Positions 7,195-14,226 of a stretch of 15,780 nt of DNA are shown piece by piece (positions within the stretch are counted from its first letter, which is position 1; each line of letters begins with the position of its first letter). The translations under genes were made by a program, and so were the position numbers. The notes below the pieces were generated by a model. That model was not told where the DNA came from. It saw only the letters and a program-made list of their open reading frames with translations, and made no database searches. Source of the DNA: a bacterium (lineage in GTDB: Bacteria; Zhuqueibacterota; Zhuqueibacteria; Oceanimicrobiales; Oceanimicrobiaceae); the NCBI GenBank assembly GCA_037446635.1, contig JBBIIG010000084.1:1-15780 (forward strand), written 5' to 3'.

Positions 7195-8751
7195 ATGTGC
7201 AATTTAAAATTCATTTTGATTTCATTGATCTGGCTGGCCGCTGAGCAGACTTCCGCCGCAGCGGGGGATTTATTTCGCGTTTTCGATCTCAAGTTTGAGG
7301 GCGAGATGCTGTTCTATCACGTGGAGGATATCAATCGCGATGGTTATAAAGATGTGATCATCGCGCTCAAACCGGCCGCCAACTCCACCAGCGTGCTGAG
7401 CTTGAGTTTATACCTGCAAAGCCGCGAGGGTTTTCGCGCCACGCCCCACCAGCAGTTGCATTTGGATGAAACGATCATTCTTTTCGACTTTGGCGACGTG
7501 ATCGGCGACGCGCAGAAAGAATTGGTCTGTCTGAAAAAACAGGGCGTCTTTTATCATTCTTTCAACGACAGCGGCTTCGTTTTGACGCCACGCAAATTGT
7601 TCGACGCGGAATCCGCGTTCATGCTACCCACCTACGCGCCCACGAAATGGGAGCTGGTGGCCGACCTCAACGGCGACCATCGCGATGAGCTGCTGCTGCC
7701 CAAGCTCAGCCGCCTAAACATCTATTTCCGCGCGCCCGGCGGCAACTGGCTCATCAACGAGCTGCCGAGCGCCATGGAGTCGCGGGTTTCCGGTATGTAC
7801 GACCCGCGGTTTTCCGTTGGCAATTACGCCGAAGCAGTTTATACCACCCCCTTTCTGCTGACGGAAGATTTCGACGCCGATGGCCGAAGAGATTTACTGG
7901 CGATTTATAAAGACAGCTTACTGGTTTTTTTGCAGGAAGAAACCGGCTACTTTGCCCAGCGGCCGCGGCAAACCCTGCCGCTGCATTTCGGAGAAATCTG
8001 GCGGGGGGCGAAAATTCAGCGCGTCCGAATCGCCGACGAAAGCGAGCGCTTTCGTTTAATGCGCATCAAAGATTTGAACGGCGACGGCGTTTTGGATGCG
8101 GCCACAGTTCGCGTCTCCACCAAAGAGAGCATGGTGAATCCGGCCACCGACGTGCGCATTTATTTCGGCCGCCGCGATTCTGCCAATTCCAAGCAGTCGG
8201 TGTATTTTTCCACGACCCCCGACCAAATTATCCAGCCCGACGGCACGCAGTTAGTGCTGGATATCGTCGATATCAATCGCGACGGCAAACTCGATCTGGT
8301 GATTCCAGCGATAAAAGTGGGATTGCAAAACATCGTGAAAATGTTGATCTCGCGCACGGTGGAACTCCGCGCCGATATTTTTTTGATGACTGAGGAGGGC
8401 CGCTATCCCAAAAAGCCGGACCTGGATATTCGCATGGTGGTGGGGTTTTCCTTTCGCGGCGGGGCGACGTCGCCGGTTTATGAAATCGCCGATTTCAATG
8501 GCGACGGCTACCTCGATATTCTCAGCAGCATCTCCGAAAAAACGCTGGCGATTTTTTTAGGCAACGACAAAAAGGGACTGGATACGAAGATCGGCGCGAA
8601 ATTCAATGTCCTGCTTCCGCAAAATGGCGAAATGGTCAGAGCGCTGGATTTGAATTCAGATAACAAGTGCGACCTGGTGATTACGTACAATGAAGACAAC
8701 CCGCTCCATCAAAACCTCGTCAACGTCCTGCGGGTGTTGCTGGCAAATTAA
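7195..8751 (+). CDS. Secreted FG-GAP/VCBS repeat (Ca-binding beta-propeller) protein
   Basis: Signal peptide and eight D-x-[DN]-x-D-G-x-x-D-like motifs: EDINRDGYKD, GDVIGDAQKE, ADLNGDHRDE, EDFDADGRRD, KDLNGDGVLD, VDINRDGKLD, ADFNGDGYLD, LDLNSDNKCD. Confidence 0.92.
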   Translation: MCNLKFILISLIWLAAEQTSAAAGDLFRVFDLKFEGEMLFYHVEDINRDGYKDVIIALKPAANSTSVLSLSLYLQSREGFRATPHQQLHLDETIILFDFGDVIGDAQKELVCLKKQGVFYHSFNDSGFVLTPRKLFDAESAFMLPTYAPTKWELVADLNGDHRDELLLPKLSRLNIYFRAPGGNWLINELPSAMESRVSGMYDPRFSVGNYAEAVYTTPFLLTEDFDADGRRDLLAIYKDSLLVFLQEETGYFAQRPRQTLPLHFGEIWRGAKIQRVRIADESERFRLMRIKDLNGDGVLDAATVRVSTKESMVNPATDVRIYFGRRDSANSKQSVYFSTTPDQIIQPDGTQLVLDIVDINRDGKLDLVIPAIKVGLQNIVKMLISRTVELRADIFLMTEEGRYPKKPDLDIRMVVGFSFRGGATSPVYEIADFNGDGYLDILSSISEKTLAIFLGNDKKGLDTKIGAKFNVLLPQNGEMVRALDLNSDNKCDLVITYNEDNPLHQNLVNVLRVLLAN

Positions 8752-8765
8752 TCAAACCTATTTTT

Positions 8766-8857
8766 ACCGCAAAGAACGCAAAGCTGGCGCAAAGGCGCTA
8801 AGAAAATTTAAGCTCTTTCATTGCGTTCTTTTGCGTTTCCTTCGCGAACTTTGCGGT
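8766..8857. repeat. CGCAAAG-type palindromic repeat element between convergent genes (possible bidirectional terminator)
   Basis: The left arm ACCGCAAAG-AACGCAAAG-CTGGCGCAAAG-GCGCTAAG mirrors the right arm TTGCGTT-CTTTTGCGTT-TCCTTCGCGAA-CTTTGCGGT. Terminal 9-bp perfect inverted repeat. Confidence 0.75.
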
Positions 8858-9951
8858 TAAGTTTCAGTATTCAGGCGCTTTTCGGTGAGTTCAGTGTTTT
8901 TAAAACCAACTCCGTGAATCTCTACCTTCCCTTCTTCGCCCAATTTTCCATCAATAGAAATTTTCGCGCCTAAAAATTTTTGGATCACGTCGGCGTTGGT
9001 GAGCAGATGCTGAGTGATTTTTGGAGTCACAAATTGCGAGACGCCCGCGGCCAGGCTCAGCGGCAGCAGCAACTGATCGGCTAAAAATTCATCAAAGACG
9101 CCGCCCGTGGCCAGAAATCTCGTGAAGGACTCGGCCGCTTCCGCAGCAACTTTTTCCGCCGGCTTGCCTGTCTGCACAGGCTGGCCGCGCGCACCCAAAG
9201 CAAAATAGCAGCACAAAGAGCGCTCGAACACCCCTAACAGCAGCATCATGGTGTTGACCCCGCGCGACCGCAATTCTTTGATTTCGATATTGGGCGCGAT
9301 GCCGCGGCTCTTCAACATCCGCAGCGCCTGGTTCATCTGGCGCTCCGCCACCTCGCGTCGGAGATTGGCGTACGCCGAGATGCCCAATGTTTTTTTAAGC
9401 TCGCCGCGATGAGTGAGCTGCAGCGGCGCAACCGTTTTGACCGGTTGAATTTTCGCCACGATTTTCCCACCGCCCTTGGGATAGAAGCCGGCTTCGACGA
9501 GCTGCAACTCCGCATCGAAGCCCAGGCGCTTCATGAACGGCAGCCATTGCAGTTCCAGGTAATCGTAGCACGGCGACCACGGTACATGGGTGCCGCCAGT
9601 GATGGTGATTTGCGATGGGGACGCGGCAAAGCTCAAGGGCAGGAAGACCGTTTGCAGCACCAGGGTCGCGGCGCCGGCGGTGCCAATGTCAAACTGGTAG
9701 TCGCCAGCGGCAACCGCGCCGGGCTCAAACGTCAATTGGGTGGAATGCAGTTGAATGTCAGAGACGCGCGCGCGGCAGATAGCGCCCGCGGCCTCCACGC
9801 TTTTGAGATGCTGCGGCTGCAATCCGGGCTTGGGGCGATTTTGCCGGATATTTTTGATCTTGAACGCTTGAGCGGTCAAAGCAGACAGAGCGAGAGCCGA
9901 TCGCAGAATCTGGCCGCCACCCTCCCCGGCGGAGCCGTCGATTTCGATCAT
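8857..9951 (-). CDS. rtcA: RNA 3'-terminal phosphate cyclase
   Basis: MIEIDGSAGEGGGQILRSAL, RPKPGLQPQHL, GGTHVPWSP, GFYPKGGG, DEFLADQLL and the catalytic-His region TQHLLTNADVI. ATG at 9951. Confidence 0.96.
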   Translation of the reverse strand: MIEIDGSAGEGGGQILRSALALSALTAQAFKIKNIRQNRPKPGLQPQHLKSVEAAGAICRARVSDIQLHSTQLTFEPGAVAAGDYQFDIGTAGAATLVLQTVFLPLSFAASPSQITITGGTHVPWSPCYDYLELQWLPFMKRLGFDAELQLVEAGFYPKGGGKIVAKIQPVKTVAPLQLTHRGELKKTLGISAYANLRREVAERQMNQALRMLKSRGIAPNIEIKELRSRGVNTMMLLLGVFERSLCCYFALGARGQPVQTGKPAEKVAAEAAESFTRFLATGGVFDEFLADQLLLPLSLAAGVSQFVTPKITQHLLTNADVIQKFLGAKISIDGKLGEEGKVEIHGVGFKNTELTEKRLNTET

Positions 9952-9952
9952 A

Positions 9953-11083
9953 TCACCTGGAAAGCTCACTGAAATGGTTCAGCGCCTCACTTCTCCATTC
10001 GGATTTGTCTTCCACTTCCAAGTCGAGATACGTTTCCCACGCCGCTTTCGCTAAGTCGGTTTTCCCCATGGCTTCCAAAACGATGGCTTTGTTGAAATGA
10101 GCCTCCGGAAGTTGGGGGTTGAGAGCTAAAGCTCGTTCTAAACAGTCGAGCGCTTTGAGCAAGTCTTTGCGATGGAAGTGAATCAAAGAGAGGTCGTTAT
10201 GAATTTCGGCGTTGTTGCTATCCAAAGCCAGCGCCCGCTGGTAATAGGTTTCAGCAAGATCAATCTCGCCATTAAAATAATAGACGGTTCCCAGCATGTG
10301 ATTGAGATGGAAATGGTTGGGTTGAATTTCCAGCGCGTTAAGGAAGGGGGCGGGATCGGCGTTGGAGGTAAGCGCTTCACCGCTTTTGGTGCTGAAACTT
10401 TTTAAGCTGTACCCACCCGAAGGTCGCAGTTCGCCGGCTTTGACATAAAGTCTTTTTGGAAGTTCATTTGTAAAAAAGTCGATGGGTTTTTGAATTAAAA
10501 AGTGCACCTCCAGCTTGCGGTAGCCAAAAAAAGCGAGTAGAATCAGGCCGACCGCAAAGCCCAACTTGAAGGTGAGAGAGAGTTGCTGCCAGGAAAGTCG
10601 GGCGGCGGCGAGAACTTCGACGAAATAATTTTTAACCGGCCGGGTCTCAAAGCGGCGGCGGTATTTGGCCAAGCGGCCTTCCACTTTTTCCGCATCGAGT
10701 TGCTTGAGAAAATCCTGCCCGGCGTCGCTTAGCATGTCGAGCGAGGCTCTGGCGGCGCTGCTGAATTCGTGGAAGCAATCGTTGCAAGCTGCTAAATGCC
10801 GATGCATCCACTCGCGCTGGGTGTGATTAATCGTGCCCTGATAGTATTGTTCTAACAATGGCGCGGAGATGTGTTGGAGGTCACGCTTGGGCTGCTGACC
10901 CGGCGGGGTGGGTTCCTGCCTGATTTTTATTACTTCCTGAATTTTCCGAATGAACGTGAGTTTCTCGCGGCAGCGCTCGCAGGATTGTAGATGCTGCTCC
11001 ATCCAGAGGGTCTGCTCTTGCGTCAGCCGAGCGTTTATCAAGCCGAAAAGCTGGTGAAATGTCAAACAATCGTATGATTTCAT
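9953..11083 (-). CDS. Putative anti-sigma factor: two zf-HC2 (ZAS) zinc fingers, one TM helix, C-terminal TPR domain
   Basis: HLQSCERC and HLAACNDC (HxxxCxxC) motifs, TM segment LGFAVGLILLAFFGY, TPR repeats (LGTVYYFNGEIDLAETYYQRALALD..., AHFNKAIVLEAMGK). Directly downstream of a sigma factor, with RBS AGGGG. Confidence 0.85.
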   Translation of the reverse strand: MKSYDCLTFHQLFGLINARLTQEQTLWMEQHLQSCERCREKLTFIRKIQEVIKIRQEPTPPGQQPKRDLQHISAPLLEQYYQGTINHTQREWMHRHLAACNDCFHEFSSAARASLDMLSDAGQDFLKQLDAEKVEGRLAKYRRRFETRPVKNYFVEVLAAARLSWQQLSLTFKLGFAVGLILLAFFGYRKLEVHFLIQKPIDFFTNELPKRLYVKAGELRPSGGYSLKSFSTKSGEALTSNADPAPFLNALEIQPNHFHLNHMLGTVYYFNGEIDLAETYYQRALALDSNNAEIHNDLSLIHFHRKDLLKALDCLERALALNPQLPEAHFNKAIVLEAMGKTDLAKAAWETYLDLEVEDKSEWRSEALNHFSELSR

Positions 11084-11187
11084 CACTCTACCCCTTTAGG
11101 TTTATCCCACAATTTTGAAATGGCTATTCCATCTACCAGTCTTAATAGACAAACCTAACACTAAAAAACTCTCAGATGACTCAAAAA

Positions 11188-11853
11188 TCAATTTTCGAAG
11201 TATATTTTTTCCAGCGTCTTCTTCATGCGGCTAACGGTGCTCTCAACTCCACTTGCCGAGAGTTCACCATTAATAATGTTGTGAATCTGTTTAGGGGATA
11301 AGCCTTCAAAGAAATAGAGCTTAAATATCAAGATATCACGATCGAGATTGCGGCTGGGATAGTTGGCGCGCAGCATTCTGATAATATGTTCCTTTACAAA
11401 CGCTTCGTCCAAATGTTCTTCGGTTTCGTTGGTCACGGAGTTGATCCTGAAAAGCTCCGGGGCGCTGGATTCGCCAATGACGTCATTCATGCGCCTCTGC
11501 TGCAATTTTTCTCTTTTGGAAAAATTTTTGGTCAGGTTGATGGTGATGCTTCGCAGGTAAGCTCGAAAGGACTCGGTGTGTTCGCCGCGGAACTCCTTCA
11601 GGGCTTTGCCGTCGTCTTTCAAAAGCTTTTCATACACATCCTGCCGCAGGTCTTGAATCGATTCCTTGAGATCGTAAATAACTGAAGAGCTCAACTGCCG
11701 TCTTAGTTCATAAAGAATCATAAAGAAGATGTATTCATCAAATCTTCTCTCGAATTCTTTCCAGAATCTATTCCAATCCGGGGAGTGCTCACGGCATTTT
11801 TTGATCAAGTCATTATCGGATAGATCCTCGATAAGCTGTGCAACCACAAGCAC
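11188..11853 (-). CDS. ECF-type sigma-70 family RNA polymerase sigma factor
   Basis: LSDNDLIKKC...WKEFERRF; region 2 IQDLRQDVYEKL...SFRAYLRSITINLTKN; region 4 RDILIFKLYFFEGLSPKQI...GVESTVSRMKKTL. The start is uncertain (GTG at 11853 or 11847); the ORF-track extension to 11988 does not look like sigma-factor sequence. Confidence 0.88.
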   Translation of the reverse strand: MLVVAQLIEDLSDNDLIKKCREHSPDWNRFWKEFERRFDEYIFFMILYELRRQLSSSVIYDLKESIQDLRQDVYEKLLKDDGKALKEFRGEHTESFRAYLRSITINLTKNFSKREKLQQRRMNDVIGESSAPELFRINSVTNETEEHLDEAFVKEHIIRMLRANYPSRNLDRDILIFKLYFFEGLSPKQIHNIINGELSASGVESTVSRMKKTLEKIYFEN

Positions 11854-12170
11854 AGAAGATAAGAAAAGCAAAAAATGGTTGAGCAAAGTTGGGAGGAGCG
11901 AGGACGCGGCTCGCATGACGGCATCGTATTGAAGCTGCCACCCCCAAAAACCGATTGCAGCCTCTACACAGACATTCCACGTTGGCATAACGGGAGACCT
12001 GGCTTTGCCGGTTAATAATTGCTACTAAATTTCAAAACTGAGCCAAGAAAGCTGGGGCTGCCCCCAAGGCAACATCTTAAAGCAAGACGTCCAATATTAG
12101 TTGCTTATGTAGCAATTAGCAGATTAAAAATCAAGGAATTCTAAGAATTTTTTGGGAATTTTTTTAGCGT

Positions 12171-12962
12171 TTAGAGCTTTCCACGCCGCCGTTCTTTGGC
12201 CGGCAAAATTTCTAAACAGGTTGTCCACCAGCCGCTGAGAATGGTTTCGATAAACTCCGGCGGCAGATTTTCTTCACGCATCTCCTGCGCCAGGCGTTGG
12301 TGGTCGTATGCCAGCGGAATGAATTCGATTGCCGCTTCGCCATTCGCCGTGACGAGGGCGTACCAGACGTTGGTTTGGCCATCGTTCTCCGGCCGGCCAA
12401 TCACGCCGACGTTGGCAAACAACTTGTGGCCCACTCGCCGCTGCCAGTGAATACCGGTGTGGGTGGCGAGGATGACGTCGGCGGCAAAATCGCGAAACAG
12501 TTTTTCCAAAAAGTGATCGGGCGTCGTCGATTCCCAGAGAAACTCGTTGGTTTTACGGGGCGAGCCGTGGCAGAGCAAAAAGTGTTTGCCGCCGAACTCA
12601 AAGCGGATTTCCTTTGGAAGGTGTTTTTGATACTTTTTGAAATCGTCGCTGGTGTGGGCGAAGGTGTAATCGTAGCTGAGCTGCGCAAAGTAATTGTCGC
12701 GGGGATCGGTGTAGCCGCACTGGCAGTCTTTCAAACCGTTGCCCACCGAGTGATCGTAATTGCCCTGTACGACGGAAATATGATTCTCTAACAAAAGTGG
12801 GAAAACCCGATCGGGATGCGGCCCGAATGCGCCCAGATCGCCCAGGCAAAAGAGCTTCTCCGCCCCGCGTTGTTTTGCATCTTTGATGAAGGCATCCAAT
12901 GCGAGATAGTTGTTGTACACGCCGCCGCAGACAGCGATTTTTTTAAAGGGGAGGTTGGTCAT
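12171..12962 (-). CDS. Calcineurin-like metallophosphoesterase family protein with degenerate metal motifs
   Basis: KIAVCGGVYNNYLAL, CLGDLGAFGPHP, QGNYD, LCHGSP, LATHTG and NVGVIGRP follow the YfcE/MJ0936-like layout. The start is placed at ATG 12962. Confidence 0.88.
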   Translation of the reverse strand: MTNLPFKKIAVCGGVYNNYLALDAFIKDAKQRGAEKLFCLGDLGAFGPHPDRVFPLLLENHISVVQGNYDHSVGNGLKDCQCGYTDPRDNYFAQLSYDYTFAHTSDDFKKYQKHLPKEIRFEFGGKHFLLCHGSPRKTNEFLWESTTPDHFLEKLFRDFAADVILATHTGIHWQRRVGHKLFANVGVIGRPENDGQTNVWYALVTANGEAAIEFIPLAYDHQRLAQEMREENLPPEFIETILSGWWTTCLEILPAKERRRGKL

Positions 12963-12982
12963 TACAATTATGATGGCGTAAT

Positions 12983-13015
12983 AGATGACTGGCACTTTGA
13001 AAGTGCCAGTCATCT
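12983..13015. repeat. Perfect intragenic-spacer palindrome (REP-like)
   Basis: AGATGACTGGCACTT-TGA-AAGTGCCAGTCATCT is a 15-bp perfect stem between two co-oriented genes, with no U-tract. Confidence 0.8.
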
Positions 13016-13032
13016 CAGTTATTTACAGCTTA

Positions 13033-14202
13033 TCAGCAGCACCCATCCACGCCGCAGTAGGGCGCATCGGTAATTTCGGTTCTCTTGTACTCCAAACCCT
13101 TGGTTTCGCGCGGGTGGCGGCGGGCGTTTTTGCTGCAATTGAATGGCTGCGCCGCCTCCAGTGAAATGGTTTCGTACGGCTCGACGGCGATGATATCCTG
13201 GCGGTAGGGCGCCTTCGTATAAATTTGAAACGTCTTATCGCACACCGCCATCCGTTCGCCGCGGTAGAGGGTGTGGCCGTCATCGTCAATCACCGCCTTC
13301 CAGGGGCCGCGGTAGATCACCGCCTGGTTGCGCTCGCGGCACGGCCCCTCTTTGCCTTTGTACGCCGTCACCGTGACCGCGCGAAACTCGATGCCCTCCA
13401 CCGTTTGCCACGGGCGTTCATCGCGCTTTTCTATTTCGATGCCATAAAAGCCGGCGTCAGCAAAGGCTTGCAGGAATTCATCTTCCCGCAGGGCGCCGGA
13501 GATGCAGCCGCTCCACAGGTCGGGGTCGTTTTTCAAACGGTCGGGCACATCTTCATCCGAGACGATATCGGAGATGGCGATACGGCCGCCGGCTTTCAAC
13601 ACGCGATAAATTTCTGCAAACAGCCGTCGCTTGTCTTCGTCTTTCACCAGGTTCAACACGCAATTGGAGACCACCAGATCCACCGAGTCATCCGGGATCA
13701 ACGGATAATTTTGGCGCTGCGCCGCCACGAACTCTTCGTAGCGCACCAAATCATTGGCGTTTTGCACCGGATTTTCGCGCAGATAAAAATCGATCTTGTC
13801 CAGGTCCAGCCGCAAGTCCTGAATTTTGCCGCGCCGAAAATCTACATTGTGATAGCCCAGGCGATCGCCGATCTCTCTTTGATATTTTCGCGCCAGCTCT
13901 AACATCTCCGCATTCATGTCCACGCCGATGACCCGCCCTTGGGCGCCCACCTTCTGCGCCAGGATGTAGCAAATTTTGCCGGCGCCGCTGCCGAGGTCTA
14001 AAACCGTTTCGCCGGGTTGCGCATATTTTGAAGGATCGCCGCAGCCGTAGTCGCGCTCTAAAATTTCCGCCGGCAGAATTTTTAAAAATTCCGGATCGTA
14101 TTCCACCGGACAGCAGAGCGCGGCTTCCCGCTGCTGCGCCGCCTGCGAATAGCGCTGGCGCACCGCCCGTTCCACCACCATCGTTTCTTCTGAAAATGAC
14201 AT
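13033..14202 (-). CDS. arsM: ArsM/AS3MT-like SAM-dependent arsenite methyltransferase
   Basis: GGAGG RBS. SAM motif VLDLGSGAG, GVDMN. Cys pattern of As(III) methyltransferases: LCCP (C30/C31), YGCGDP (C54), SNCVLNL (C181), LWSGCISGA (C233). AS3MT-like C-terminal domain and terminal GCC. Confidence 0.82.
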   Translation of the reverse strand: MSFSEETMVVERAVRQRYSQAAQQREAALCCPVEYDPEFLKILPAEILERDYGCGDPSKYAQPGETVLDLGSGAGKICYILAQKVGAQGRVIGVDMNAEMLELARKYQREIGDRLGYHNVDFRRGKIQDLRLDLDKIDFYLRENPVQNANDLVRYEEFVAAQRQNYPLIPDDSVDLVVSNCVLNLVKDEDKRRLFAEIYRVLKAGGRIAISDIVSDEDVPDRLKNDPDLWSGCISGALREDEFLQAFADAGFYGIEIEKRDERPWQTVEGIEFRAVTVTAYKGKEGPCRERNQAVIYRGPWKAVIDDDGHTLYRGERMAVCDKTFQIYTKAPYRQDIIAVEPYETISLEAAQPFNCSKNARRHPRETKGLEYKRTEITDAPYCGVDGCC

Positions 14203-14226
14203 AGTTCGCCTCCGTTGAAATTTTCA

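Noticed and set aside
8766..8857. Short repeats as a possible CRISPR array
   Set aside because: The units are 7-11 nt, inverted and without unique spacers, and there are no cas genes.
11854..11988. N-terminal extension of the sigma factor given in the ORF track
   Set aside because: No sigma-like features. The recognisable domain starts near LSDNDLIKKC.
12963..13013. Longer start for the metallophosphoesterase (ATG 13013)
   Set aside because: This ATG is buried in the palindrome, and the family N-terminus fits ATG 12962.
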